Part shown: in pieces, positions 27,642-38,161 of the stretch
Layout of the letters: every line of letters begins with the position of its first letter
Numbering within the stretch: the first letter of the stretch is position 1
Origin: Candidatus Latescibacterota bacterium
GTDB taxonomy: Bacteria; Latescibacterota; UBA2968; GCA-2709665
DNA length: 64,000 nt
Assembly (NCBI GenBank): GCA_965203805.1
Contig: OZ241917.1
Location: 4,256,001 to 4,320,000 of the forward strand
Reading direction: 5' to 3'
The notes under the pieces: model-generated
What the model saw: the letters and a program-made list of their open reading frames with translations, nothing else
Database searches by the model: none
Told to the model about the DNA's origin: nothing
Translations under genes and position numbers: made by a program

Positions 27642-29398
27642 GGTCAATCGATCCCGTCCACTCACTGGCATTTTCAATTCAGGCGAATCCCGGTGTCTAT
27701 GCCGTTCTTGTGGGCTCAGGCGTATCCCGGGCTGCGAAGATTCCGACGGGATGGGAGATCACGCTGGATTTGATCCGCAAGCTCGCGAAGCTTCATGGCG
27801 AGGAACCCGAACCAGATCCGGAACAGTGGTATCTGAAGGAATTCGATAAAGAGCCATCATACTCCGACTTGCTCGATGAACTCGCGAAGACGCAGGCCGA
27901 GCGACAACAGTTGCTCCGGGGATATTTCGAGCCGACTGACGAGGAGCGCGAGGAAGGGGCTAAAGCATCAACAGCAGCGCATCGGGCGATTGCCGCACTG
28001 AGCGCGAAAGGATTCGTAAGGGTCATCATCACGACGAACTTCGACCGACTCGTCGAAACCGCCTTGAATGACGTCGGGGTTGTACCTGCGATCCTCAGTT
28101 CGCCCGATCAGGTCAAAGGCGCCCTCCCGTTGATTCACACGAAGTGTTGCGTCTTCAAGGTAAATGGCGATTATCTCGATACCCGAATTCGAAATACCCC
28201 AGCCGAACTTGATGAGTATCCGAAAGAGTTTAACGAACTTCTGGATCGGATCTTCGACGAGTTCGGTGTTATCGTATGCGGATGGTCAGCGGAATGGGAC
28301 GGTGCATTGCGAAGCGCATTGATCCGAGCCCCCTCACGCCGATTTACCATGTACTGGGCGTCGAGGGGCGAACCAAGCGAAGAGGCACAACGGTTGATTG
28401 ACCATCGCCAAGCCAACTCGATTCTCATCGAAGATGCTGGTTCATTCTTCATGACTGTTCAGCAACACGTCGAATCCATTGAAGAATATTGTAAGCCCCA
28501 TCCGCTTTCCACCGAAGCTGCAGTGGCAAGTCTGGAACGATTACTTCCAGATCCTCGGTACCGAATTCAGTTGTCAAATCTAATCCAGGACGCAGTTGAG
28601 CGAGTTGTCAAAGTGACATCCGGCGAGGATTTCGCGGTGCAAGGTGGCCCGACTCCAGATCGTGAATCAGCCACTGCGCGTGTGCGAAAATACGACGACG
28701 CCTGCTCAACGTTGCTGGCAATGGCGACCGTGGGTGGTAACTGGGCGGAAGAGGAGCACGACAACATCTGGCAAAAGGCGTTGCAGCGTCTTGGTTCTAC
28801 TGAAACGACAGGTGGAGTTAGATTTTGGATTGAGTTAATGAAATATCCGGCCACGCTCCTGCTTTATGCGCTAGGGCTTGGTGCGGTTGAAGCCGGTCGC
28901 CTACGGTTTCTTGGAAATCTATTGGAGACTGAGATTTATAGACAACACGAAGAGAGTTTAGCTGCCGCACGGATGCTTCCACCATTTTGCATGTTTTATG
29001 AAGGCGGACAGATAATGCAGGCCCTGGAAGGCATGGGTGACCGCTACGCACCGCTGAACGACTGGATTCACGAAGTAATGCGAACACATGCCAAGCACAT
29101 CATCCCCGACGACAATCGCTACAGATTGGTTTTCGACAAGCTTGAAATTCTCATTGCACTTGGCTGTGCCTACCGAGACGATCGCGAGCCGGAATGGTAC
29201 TGGGCACCTCCCGGGGCATTCGGTTATAGAACTGAGAACATGCATCGGATCTTTAAAGAGATCAGACAATCCCTCTCGACCATGCAGAATGAATCCCCGT
29301 ATGTAAAGAGCGAAATTTTCGGAGAAACCTCGGATGAGTGTAAGCAGGGACTTGCGGATTTGGAGGCGTTTATATCGAAGTTGGGTTGGTGGAGATAA
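27638..29398 (+). CDS. SIR2-family (SIR2_2) protein with helical C-terminal domain
   Basis: VGSGVS, IPTGW, IITTNFD, KVNGDY, CGWS..WD. Confidence 0.85.
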   Translation: MRSIDPVHSLAFSIQANPGVYAVLVGSGVSRAAKIPTGWEITLDLIRKLAKLHGEEPEPDPEQWYLKEFDKEPSYSDLLDELAKTQAERQQLLRGYFEPTDEEREEGAKASTAAHRAIAALSAKGFVRVIITTNFDRLVETALNDVGVVPAILSSPDQVKGALPLIHTKCCVFKVNGDYLDTRIRNTPAELDEYPKEFNELLDRIFDEFGVIVCGWSAEWDGALRSALIRAPSRRFTMYWASRGEPSEEAQRLIDHRQANSILIEDAGSFFMTVQQHVESIEEYCKPHPLSTEAAVASLERLLPDPRYRIQLSNLIQDAVERVVKVTSGEDFAVQGGPTPDRESATARVRKYDDACSTLLAMATVGGNWAEEEHDNIWQKALQRLGSTETTGGVRFWIELMKYPATLLLYALGLGAVEAGRLRFLGNLLETEIYRQHEESLAAARMLPPFCMFYEGGQIMQALEGMGDRYAPLNDWIHEVMRTHAKHIIPDDNRYRLVFDKLEILIALGCAYRDDREPEWYWAPPGAFGYRTENMHRIFKEIRQSLSTMQNESPYVKSEIFGETSDECKQGLADLEAFISKLGWWR

Positions 29399-29435
29399 TC
29401 TCGATGCCTGTCCTGTGCCGGAGGATCGTGCGCAT

Positions 29436-30416
29436 ATGATACCTGAAAATTTGGGAAAACTGGAGCGAGTTGACCTTCGTGAAGTATGGCGGAATGAAGC
29501 TGATGATTTCACGCCATGGTTGGCGACGCAACGAAACCTGGAGGATCTCGGAGAAACGCTCGGTATGCAGATAGAGTTTCAGGCGCGTGAGGAAGCCGTT
29601 GGTCCATATGCCGCGGACATATTGTGTAGAGATATCGACGACGATAGTTATGTCGTTATCGAAAACCAGCTTGAGGAAACGAACCATGATCATCTTGGAA
29701 AGCTTCTTACGTATGCGGCGCACTTCAAGGCGTCAACGGTGGTCTGGGTCGCGAAAGCCTTTACCGATCAGCACCGAGCAGCGATTGACTGGCTGAATGA
29801 AACCTCGGCCGAGGGGACCCAATTCTTCGCGTTGGAAATTGAGGTCTGGCGAATCGGTGAATCCGCGTACGCGCCGAAATTCAATATCGTGGCCAAACCG
29901 AACAACTGGACGAGGGGAGGGAGATCAACTGTCGCAAGTTTGACAGATACACGGCGAGTTCAGCTTGAATTCTGGAATGGATTTAATGACCACGTTTCAC
30001 GGTTTGGACAGCAGGTCAAACTTACTGGGAGTCCCAAGGCGGGACGCAGTATGGCCGCTGGCGGTTTGGGCGTACCGGGCTTCCTCCTCAGCGCTGTGGC
30101 ATCGACGCATTCCGAGACCAGGGGTTGGAATGGCCAGGAATTAAGGGCGGAACTGCACATCAACCAGGGGGAACTCTCAGACCAATATCTCGATCTTCTC
30201 AAGTCTCAAAGGACCGAGATCGAACGTGAGATGGGCGGAGAGCTGAACTGGTACAGTCCCGAGGATGCCAATGCCTGCAGAATATACTCTCGTAAGGATG
30301 TGAATCTATACGATCCAGATGCCCGCAACGAACAATACTCGTGGCTAGTGGATCAACTTGAGCGCCTCCGTCGGGTCTTTGAAGGGCGCATCCAAGAACT
30401 GGAGCCTGCTTCCTAA
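29436..30416 (+). CDS. DUF4268-like protein with N-terminal PD-(D/E)XK domain
   Basis: LREVW..EA.DFTPWL, ADI..VIENQL, HDHLGKLLTYAA; GGAGG upstream. Confidence 0.8.
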   Translation: MIPENLGKLERVDLREVWRNEADDFTPWLATQRNLEDLGETLGMQIEFQAREEAVGPYAADILCRDIDDDSYVVIENQLEETNHDHLGKLLTYAAHFKASTVVWVAKAFTDQHRAAIDWLNETSAEGTQFFALEIEVWRIGESAYAPKFNIVAKPNNWTRGGRSTVASLTDTRRVQLEFWNGFNDHVSRFGQQVKLTGSPKAGRSMAAGGLGVPGFLLSAVASTHSETRGWNGQELRAELHINQGELSDQYLDLLKSQRTEIEREMGGELNWYSPEDANACRIYSRKDVNLYDPDARNEQYSWLVDQLERLRRVFEGRIQELEPAS

Positions 30417-30548
30417 TGCATCGGGATGACACACGATTTTTATAGACACCCGTATGATAACGCTCCGGATGTGAAATGGTCATTGAAACCAAACGATCTA
30501 AGGGGATATTGAGCATTCACAAGATGGTTAATTAAGGCAGAAAGACGG

Positions 30549-30998
30549 ATGGCAGACCTCGACCTCACTCAAGCAGAAGCAGACGCGTTGATTGAAATGG
30601 AAAAACACCGGGTAAATGATGACCAGGCAAGCTTCCCGATGGGTGGCGAGTCCGTTGTTATCCCACTTCAGTCGGTCGAAAGGCGAGAGCAGTTCCTGCT
30701 CGACTTGAGTCGCGCGAGCATCAATCTTTCAAAAGTCAAAATGCAGACTCGCGGGCGGCAAGTCGTCGTGCTGGTTCGTCTCGATCTGGGTGGTGCGCCA
30801 CATCGAAATCCGGATGGCGAAGAAATACCCGTACCGCACGTCCACGTTTACCGCGAAGGCTACGGCGACAAGTGGGCGGTAGTTGTCCCCACGGACGGGT
30901 TCCTTGCTGTCGGTGATGCCTGGACGATGTACGAACAGTTTCTGCAGTTCTGCAACGTCACGCGACCGCCGAATGTCGTAAGGGAGCTTTTTACATGA
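30549..30998 (+). CDS. DUF6978-like protein
   Basis: [21 protein letters not shown]...HVHVYREG. Confidence 0.6.
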   Translation: MADLDLTQAEADALIEMEKHRVNDDQASFPMGGESVVIPLQSVERREQFLLDLSRASINLSKVKMQTRGRQVVVLVRLDLGGAPHRNPDGEEIPVPHVHVYREGYGDKWAVVVPTDGFLAVGDAWTMYEQFLQFCNVTRPPNVVRELFT

Positions 30999-31759
30999 TT
31001 CGAGAAATTCAGATTCTCATTGATGATTATTATGCTTGGCTCAAGGACAAGACAATCCTGAACCAAATCGACCAGTGGGTCGAGATTACCACGCCTTATT
31101 TGGATAGACACAACGACTACCTACAGATCTATGCGAGAGATGCGAACGGAGGCTTTGTGTTAACGGATGACGGATATACAATTGAGGATCTTGCCCAAAG
31201 TGGTTGCAATCTCGAAAGTCCCAAACGGCAAGATCTGCTGCAAATGACACTCAACGGTTTTGGAGTCCATAGAGACGGACGTGAGTTACAGGTCCTTGCA
31301 TCAGCCGACAACTTTGCGATCCGAAAACACAATCTCTTACAGGCGATGCTGGCCGTCAACGATATGTTCTATATGGCGGCACCCACGGTGGCGAACATCT
31401 TTTATGAAGATGTGGAAGCTTGGCTTGATCTCTACGATATTCGCCACACGCCAAAGGTGAAGTTTACAGGTCAAACGGGGTATGATCATCTCTTTGATTT
31501 CGTGATTCCGAAATCTCGGGAGCGGCCGGAGCGGCTCATACAGACAGTCAACCGCCCAAGTCGTTCAACCGCTCAGAACGTTGTACTTGCTTGGATTGAC
31601 ACAAAGGAAGTCCGCACGCCGGGGTCACGTGTGTACGCATTTCTGAACGATTCGGAAAGAAAGGTCGATCAGACAGTGATGGCCGCACTACGGAGCTACG
31701 ACGTCAGACCAGTGGTTTGGAGTCAGCGTGAAGACGCGAGAATGGAATTGGCGGCTTGA
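30995..31759 (+). CDS. DUF1828/DUF1829-like protein
   Basis: [25 protein letters not shown]; ATGA overlap with upstream gene. Confidence 0.7.
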   Translation: MIREIQILIDDYYAWLKDKTILNQIDQWVEITTPYLDRHNDYLQIYARDANGGFVLTDDGYTIEDLAQSGCNLESPKRQDLLQMTLNGFGVHRDGRELQVLASADNFAIRKHNLLQAMLAVNDMFYMAAPTVANIFYEDVEAWLDLYDIRHTPKVKFTGQTGYDHLFDFVIPKSRERPERLIQTVNRPSRSTAQNVVLAWIDTKEVRTPGSRVYAFLNDSERKVDQTVMAALRSYDVRPVVWSQREDARMELAA

Positions 31760-31841
31760 ACATCGACGCGTGATTTTCGTCGTCGGTGCTATTGATTCAT
31801 CTCCATCTGCTCCATCACCCGCCGACTAAAAATCACTACCA

Positions 31842-31885
31842 TTTACTCAATGTATTGAGTATAATTACTCATTATGTTGAGTAAA
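31842..31885 (+). promoter_or_regulatory. Double palindrome over a -10 box; probably leaderless
   Basis: TACTCAA-N4-TTGAGTA and TTACTCA-N6-TGAGTAA; TATAAT 8 nt before ATG 31874. Confidence 0.6.
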
Positions 31886-33079
31886 TTGTCATATACGCGT
31901 CCGCACGCGGAGGATCTGCTGCGTCGATTGCGTGAGCCGCGGCGTTTTATTCAGGTTGTCGCCGGGCCGAGGCAGGTGGGGAAGACGACCCTGATCACAC
32001 AGGTCGCGGAGAGGTCCGGACTGCCGTATCGCTACGCCAGCGCCGACGAGCCCACGTTGCGTGGGCCGGATTGGATTGCGCAACATTGGGACGCGGCGCG
32101 GATTCTCGCCGGCGATGCGGGTGAGGATGGCGCCCTTCTCATCCTGGACGAGATCCAGAAAGCCCCGAACTGGTCGGAAACGGTCAAGAGGCTCTGGGAC
32201 GAGGATACGCTGAGCCAGCGACGGCTCAAGGTAGTGCTGTCGGGTTCGGCGCAACTCCTGATCGGCCGAGGGCTTACAGAGAGCCTTGCCGGGCGTTTCG
32301 AGCTTCTGCACGTTCCGCATTGGAGCCTGCTCGAAATGCGGACCGCTTTCGGCTGGTCTCTGGAACAGTTCCTGTTCTACGGCGCTTATCCCGGTGCGGC
32401 GCCGCTGGTGCGGGAGCCGGCCCGGTGGTCCCGGTACATCAGGGACTCACTCATCGAAACAACCATTTCGCGAGACGTCCTGCTGCTTTCACGCGTGGAC
32501 AAACCGGCCCTGTTGCGCCGGCTGTTCGAATTGGGATGCGCCTATTCCGGCCAGATCCTATCCTATTCGAAAATGCTGGGCCAACTCCACGACGCCGGAA
32601 ACACCACGACGCTGGCCCACTATCTCGATCTCCTCGCGGCGGCGGGAATACTCAGGGGATTACATAAGTACGCTGGAGCGGCCGTCCGGCGCCGGAGTTC
32701 CAGCCCGAAGTTCCAGGTCTTCAACACCGCCCTGATGACCGCGGGTTCGAGCCTCACCTTCGCCCAGGCGCGCGCCGATCACGAATTCTGGGGGCGGCTG
32801 GTCGAGTCAGCGGTAGGGGCTCACCTGGTGAATGCCGCTGCCGGCGGCGCGTGCGAGGTCTTCTACTGGCGTGACCGCCACAACGAGGTGGATTTCGTCG
32901 TTCGCTCCGGACGGACGGTCACGGCGATTGAAGTCAAGAGCGAGCGAACCGGCCGGAACCCGGCCGGAATGGCCGCCTTCGCCGAGGCCTTCCATCCGAC
33001 CCGCAGTCTGCTCATCGGAGGCGACGGCATTGCCCTTGAAGAGTTCCTTTCGAAATCGGTAGAGCATTGGATACGATAA
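31874..33079 (+). CDS. AAA+ ATPase, AAA_14 + DUF4143 family
   Basis: GPRQVGKT, LDEIQ, ESLAGRF, YGAYP, EVDFV..IEVKS. Confidence 0.85.
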   Translation: MLSKLSYTRPHAEDLLRRLREPRRFIQVVAGPRQVGKTTLITQVAERSGLPYRYASADEPTLRGPDWIAQHWDAARILAGDAGEDGALLILDEIQKAPNWSETVKRLWDEDTLSQRRLKVVLSGSAQLLIGRGLTESLAGRFELLHVPHWSLLEMRTAFGWSLEQFLFYGAYPGAAPLVREPARWSRYIRDSLIETTISRDVLLLSRVDKPALLRRLFELGCAYSGQILSYSKMLGQLHDAGNTTTLAHYLDLLAAAGILRGLHKYAGAAVRRRSSSPKFQVFNTALMTAGSSLTFAQARADHEFWGRLVESAVGAHLVNAAAGGACEVFYWRDRHNEVDFVVRSGRTVTAIEVKSERTGRNPAGMAAFAEAFHPTRSLLIGGDGIALEEFLSKSVEHWIR

Positions 33080-33149
33080 AGGCAGAACGTCCGACCTGAC
33101 TCATCATATGTCCCATTTATATCGGCGTTCCTTGCGGGAGCCCGCGTCT

Positions 33150-33225
33150 TTGAACCTTCGCCGACCCTTCGACCCTTCGACAAGCTCAGGGCACCGCATG
33201 CTCAGGGAGCGGCTCAGGGTGCCAG
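33150..33225. repeat. REP-like CCCTTCGAC / GCTCAGGG cluster
   Basis: CCCTTCGA twice and GCTCAGGG three times in the intergenic gap. Confidence 0.5.
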
Positions 33226-33304
33226 GTCAAAGGTGAATAATAATGTGGACTGCAGGGTGTTCCCTGTGAAATTACATTAACCATTTGAGCTACGGAGAAT
33301 TCCA

Positions 33305-34294
33305 ATGCCCGAGTCGATCCTGAAACAACTGGAAGGGGGCGTGGTGCTGGGCGACGGGGGGTACCTGCTCGCGTTGGAGAATCGGGGCTACGTCCAGGCC
33401 GGTCCGTTTACGCCGGAAGTGACCATTGAGAACCCGAACGCGCTGCTTGCGCTGCACGAGGAATTCGTGCACGCCGGCGCGGAAGTCCTGCAGGTGCTCA
33501 CGTTCTACGCCAGTGAAAACAAGCTGGCGCAGACCGGCTACGCGGGCAGGCTGGAAGAGATCAACCGCGCGGCCGTCAGGATCGCTCGCGAGGCCGCCGG
33601 AGACAGGGCGCTGGTCGCCGGGAACATCTGCCTCACGTGGAAGTACCCCGAATCGGAGGACGAATGCCGGCGCCTGTTCGACGCCCAGCTCGGCTACCAG
33701 ATGGCTGAAGGCGTTGACTTCATCATCGGCGAGACGTTTCTGCACGCGGGCGAGGCCCTGATCGCCCTCGAGCGCGTAAAAAAAACCGGCCTTCCCGCCA
33801 TGATTACGCTGGCGTTCGAAAGTCCGGAGACACGCGATGGAAAGACGCCGGGCGAGGCCGCGAAGATGCTGGAAGACGCGGGCGCCGACGTGGTTGGCGC
33901 CAATTGCTGGCAGGATCCCACCTTCATGCTCCCGGCCATCGAGCAGATGCGCGAAGCGGTGAATTGCCACGTGGCCGCCCAGCCGGTCGCCTATCGATGC
34001 ACGCCGGAGGTACCCTTCTTCACAGGTCAGCCCGGCTTTCCGGACAGGCTGGACGACTACAAGATCAGCCGCTATGAGATGGGCGACTTCGCCAAAACTG
34101 CTCTGGACCTCGGCGTGAACTATATCGGCGGCTGCTGCGGCTGCGAGGGATCGCACATCCGCCAGATGGCGCGCGCAGTCGGCAAAAAGCCCGTTGAAGA
34201 GCGCGAATGGGCCGCGGATTACGGGCAACCCCAGTCTGCGACCGAAGCGTACAAGGAAATCCGGGAGCAATCCGGCGCCGCTCCCGGAGGATGA
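33305..34294 (+). CDS. Homocysteine S-methyltransferase family (BHMT-like)
   Basis: LGDGG, F..AGA, GANC, GGCCG zinc ligands. Confidence 0.88.
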   Translation: MPESILKQLEGGVVLGDGGYLLALENRGYVQAGPFTPEVTIENPNALLALHEEFVHAGAEVLQVLTFYASENKLAQTGYAGRLEEINRAAVRIAREAAGDRALVAGNICLTWKYPESEDECRRLFDAQLGYQMAEGVDFIIGETFLHAGEALIALERVKKTGLPAMITLAFESPETRDGKTPGEAAKMLEDAGADVVGANCWQDPTFMLPAIEQMREAVNCHVAAQPVAYRCTPEVPFFTGQPGFPDRLDDYKISRYEMGDFAKTALDLGVNYIGGCCGCEGSHIRQMARAVGKKPVEEREWAADYGQPQSATEAYKEIREQSGAAPGG

Positions 34295-34328
34295 ACTGAC
34301 CTGGAATAAACGCGAAGATCCGGCGGGA

Positions 34329-35093
34329 TCAACCCGCACGCCACTCCCAGAACGTCATCCGGTATCCCTTCCCTTTCAGCGCCACGGCGCCAACAAAGCC
34401 GCACGCGGGCGCCATCGCCTGCAGGAACCACTTTGAAGAAGCCTCCGGATCGTCCCTTACGCTCAGCAGAGCCGCTGGCGCTCCGGGCGCGAGTGAAACT
34501 TCGAAAGCGTCCAACGGGTAGGCGAGGCCGTCGCCCAATGCCTTGATATATGCCTCTTTGCGCGTCCAGCAGTTGAAAAACGCCTCGAATTGGACCTCCG
34601 GAGGGAGGGACCGAATCACGGCGACCTCCCCAGGAGAAAAGAAACGCCCCGCGATCTTCAGGTGGTACTGGACCGCCCGCACCCGCTCCACGTCCACGCC
34701 GATATCCCGCGATCCCACCACCGCCAGCAGCGCGAGTTCGCTGGAATGAGACAGGTTGAAGCGAAGCGGGTTTCCCGGCGGATCGTTCTTCAGATATGGT
34801 TTTCCCCGATGCCCGTAGCCGAATTCCAGGCGTTCGGGCGCCCGCCCCAGATACCGGCCCAGTATTCGCCTGAGGGACGCCCGTCCCGCGATAAAACGGG
34901 CCCGGTGCTTATCGAAGACAAACCGGCCGGCGCGTGTCTTCTCTTCGGCGGAAAGCACGCCCTTCATGTCATCGATTTCCGAGGCCGGCAGGTCCAGGTA
35001 AATCCGCCAGACCTGAACATCTTCGTCCAACGCCACCGGACGATCGGGCGGCGGAAGCCAGGATTCGGACGCTGATCGGTCGACTGGATTCAC
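34329..35093 (-). CDS. Sfp-type 4'-phosphopantetheinyl transferase
   Basis: [26 protein letters not shown]; GTGA overlap with the upstream stop. Confidence 0.9.
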   Translation of the reverse strand: MNPVDRSASESWLPPPDRPVALDEDVQVWRIYLDLPASEIDDMKGVLSAEEKTRAGRFVFDKHRARFIAGRASLRRILGRYLGRAPERLEFGYGHRGKPYLKNDPPGNPLRFNLSHSSELALLAVVGSRDIGVDVERVRAVQYHLKIAGRFFSPGEVAVIRSLPPEVQFEAFFNCWTRKEAYIKALGDGLAYPLDAFEVSLAPGAPAALLSVRDDPEASSKWFLQAMAPACGFVGAVALKGKGYRMTFWEWRAG

Positions 35094-37078
35094 GAGGGCG
35101 TACCGCCGTTCAACCGGTTCACGATCGCATCGACGTCGTACACGCACCCTCCCCATGTGCCGCCGCCCACGTTCTGCAGGGCCGCCCACAGGCGGGTATC
35201 TTCCGGCAGGTCCGCGTCGGGCGCCAGGTCGGCGCGCGTGGCGCGGTCGGCCAGAATGCGGCTACCCTCATCGGGTCCGAAACGGGTCTGGCCCGTGCCC
35301 ACGAAGTCGATGCTGCCCGAAAGGTCCTTCCGGTCGATGACGATTTCCACGACGTCTCCATCCTCCAACTTGCCGATCGGACCGCCCGCCAGCGCTTCCG
35401 GACCAACGTGACCGATACAGGCCCCCGTCGAAAACCCCGAAAAGCGCGCGTCCGTCAGCACCGCCACATGTTTCCCGAAATCCAGGTACTTGAGCGCGGT
35501 GGTGATCTGCGCAATTTCTTCCATCCCGGCGCCCATCGGGCCGCGCCCGATCAGTACCATGACGTCTCCCGGTTTCACGCCCATCGGACCGGAATCCTTC
35601 AGCGCGGCGGCGGCCGCGCGTTCGGTTGTGAACACCTTTACCGGGCCGGTCATCCGGTACACGCCGTCGGCGTCGACGACCGATGGGTCGATCGCCGTGC
35701 TTTTGACCACGGACCCTTCCGGCGCGATATTCCCGGTGGGAAAACAGACGGTGCTGGTCAACCCTCTGTCCCGGGCGCGGCCGGCATCCATTATCACGCG
35801 GTCCGGGTCGATTCCGTCCTGATCGTACAACGCCGCCCTCAGCCTGGACCTTCGCTCGGATCCCTCCCACCATTCCAGATTCTCACCCAGTGTCCGCCCG
35901 GATATCGTGAGCGCGTCCGTTTCCAGCAACCCCAGGCGCCGCAGGTGCAGCATCACTTCCGGCACGCCGCCGGCCAGAAACGCCCGGACGGTCGGATGGA
36001 ATTCGGGACCGTTTGGCAGCACGTCCACCAGACGGGGAACCTGGCGGTTCACGTGGCTCCAATCGGCGACGGTGGGCCGGGAGAGCCCGGCCGCGTAGGC
36101 CACCGCGGGAATGTGCAAGAGCAGGTTGGTCGATCCGCCGAACGCGGCGTGCGTGACCATCGCGTTGCGGACCGCGGCATCCGTTACCACGTCGGCGGTC
36201 GTGAGTCCCGCAGCCTGCATCGCGAACACCGCGCGGGCGGATCGGAGCGCCATGTCCAGCCAGACCGCCTCTCCCGACGGCGCCAGGGCGGAATGGGTCA
36301 ACGCGAGACCCAGTGCTTCGGCCACCACCTGTGAGGTGGCCGCGGTGCCCAGAAACTGGCAGCCGCCGCCCGGTGACGCGCAGGCCCGGCAGCCCAGGTC
36401 CTGCACCTCGGAGATCGTCATCTCTCCGTGCGCCAGCCTGACGCCCACCGACTGAATCTTGCCGGCGTCTTCCCCGTCTTCCGGCGGAAGCGTCACGCCT
36501 CCCGGAACGATCGCCGTGGGCAGGGAGTGCATCGCCGCCAGGGCGATCATCATCGCGGGCAATCCCTTGTCGCAGGTTGCAACGCCGATCACCCCTTTGC
36601 GGGTGGGGAGGGAGCGGACCAGGCGCCGCAGTACCGTCGCCGCATCGTTGCGATACGCGAGACTGTCCATCATTCCGGTCGTGCCCTGGGTCCGTCCGTC
36701 GCACGGGTCGGAGCAATACCCTGCGAAAGGAATACCGCCCAGCCGGTGAATTTCCAGGGCGGCCTCCCGCATCAACAGCCCCACCTCCCAGTGTCCCGTA
36801 TGATATCCCAGCGCGACGGGGCGGCCGTCCGGCTCGCGAATGCCCCCCATCGTGCTGAGGATCAGAATTTCCGGCCGGCCCAACTCCGCTGGATTCCAGC
36901 CCATGCCGGCGTTCTGGCTGTACCCGAAGATATCCCCGCTGGGCGATTCGATCACGTGCTCTTCGGTGAGGGAAATCAGCCGCCCTTCGGGTCCCGGCGC
37001 CCGCGTCCGGACGTCGTAGATCGTTTTGTCGTCGGACTGCAGGACGGCGGCAAAGGACGGTTTGCTTACGGCGGACAT
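35090..37078 (-). CDS. YjhG/YagF-family sugar-acid (xylonate) dehydratase, IlvD/Edd family
   Basis: [47 protein letters not shown]. Confidence 0.88.
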   Translation of the reverse strand: MSAVSKPSFAAVLQSDDKTIYDVRTRAPGPEGRLISLTEEHVIESPSGDIFGYSQNAGMGWNPAELGRPEILILSTMGGIREPDGRPVALGYHTGHWEVGLLMREAALEIHRLGGIPFAGYCSDPCDGRTQGTTGMMDSLAYRNDAATVLRRLVRSLPTRKGVIGVATCDKGLPAMMIALAAMHSLPTAIVPGGVTLPPEDGEDAGKIQSVGVRLAHGEMTISEVQDLGCRACASPGGGCQFLGTAATSQVVAEALGLALTHSALAPSGEAVWLDMALRSARAVFAMQAAGLTTADVVTDAAVRNAMVTHAAFGGSTNLLLHIPAVAYAAGLSRPTVADWSHVNRQVPRLVDVLPNGPEFHPTVRAFLAGGVPEVMLHLRRLGLLETDALTISGRTLGENLEWWEGSERRSRLRAALYDQDGIDPDRVIMDAGRARDRGLTSTVCFPTGNIAPEGSVVKSTAIDPSVVDADGVYRMTGPVKVFTTERAAAAALKDSGPMGVKPGDVMVLIGRGPMGAGMEEIAQITTALKYLDFGKHVAVLTDARFSGFSTGACIGHVGPEALAGGPIGKLEDGDVVEIVIDRKDLSGSIDFVGTGQTRFGPDEGSRILADRATRADLAPDADLPEDTRLWAALQNVGGGTWGGCVYDVDAIVNRLNGGTPS

Positions 37079-37124
37079 ACGAATCCTCGCAACGGTACGA
37101 ACCCATGCGACGGGCTGTTAAGGT

Positions 37125-37895
37125 TTATTTCAGTCCCATGCTCTGAAGATTCCGCAGGCTGATTCCCAGGCTCTCAAACGGGTCCCGCTGGCATGTATCC
37201 TGTTCCACGATGAACCAAAGGGTGCCCGCGGCCTTGCAGGCATCCAGGATGGCCGGCCAGTTCAAGTTGCCCTCGCCCACCTCGGCGTAGAGCTGTTCCC
37301 GGCCGCGCATGGCCATATCTTTCACGTGAACCAGGTCCGCACGGCCCGCGGCCTTGCGAATCCACGCGGCGGGGTCGCCGCCGCCGTGCTGGATCCAGTA
37401 GGTGTCGATCTCGAGTTGAAAGACCTCGGGGTCGCTCTCTTCAAACAGGATCTGCAGGCCCGTGCGATCTCCGAAACGCTCCAGTTCAAAACTGTGGTTG
37501 TGATACCCGAAGGTGAGCCCTGCCGCCGCGAGCTTGCCGGCCACCTCGGACGCCTCCCGGGCGAACCGCCTGTAACCGTCGCCTCCATCTTCGCGATAGG
37601 TCTGTGGAAGCCCGCCGATTGCCGGGTATTTGCACCCCCACAACAGGTGCTCGTCGATCACGGCCTGGGTTTCGTCCCGCATGCGTTCGTAGCTGGTGTG
37701 GGTGGCGCAGATTTCGAGGCCTTCACCGTCCGCCAGGTCCTTGAGTTCCTGCGGGCTGATGTCTCCAAATGCCGATACCTGCATGGCATCGTATCCCAGC
37801 GCCTTCACCTTTTTCAGACTGGCCGCGACATCCGCGGGTGTTTGTGTGAATTCGCGCACCGTGTACATCTGCGCCGCCAAAACCGTACCGGCCAT
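37125..37895 (-). CDS. Sugar phosphate isomerase/epimerase (TIM barrel)
   Basis: QMYTVR, YHNH..E, EIDTYW, HVKD, VGEG, VEQD. Confidence 0.85.
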   Translation of the reverse strand: MAGTVLAAQMYTVREFTQTPADVAASLKKVKALGYDAMQVSAFGDISPQELKDLADGEGLEICATHTSYERMRDETQAVIDEHLLWGCKYPAIGGLPQTYREDGGDGYRRFAREASEVAGKLAAAGLTFGYHNHSFELERFGDRTGLQILFEESDPEVFQLEIDTYWIQHGGGDPAAWIRKAAGRADLVHVKDMAMRGREQLYAEVGEGNLNWPAILDACKAAGTLWFIVEQDTCQRDPFESLGISLRNLQSMGLK

Positions 37896-38161
37896 CTTCC
37901 GCTCCTTTCCACGATCGCCCATGCAACCTGAAAACGCGTGATTTCAAGTACAAAATACCAAAGGACCGCGGAACTTCCAAGCCAAGTTTTCCCATCGGAA
38001 AGCGAAAACCGCGTGGCGGCGGACGAAGGGATTTTTAGCTGGTTTTTTTCCGAAACCACTGTATTTTTAGTTCGCAGTTTCCGCTTCCCGACCCCTCCCC
38101 CGATCCGTTCGATCCCCCCCTGTTTCAACCGTACCCGCCTTCCTCGCAGAGGAGCCCGTAT

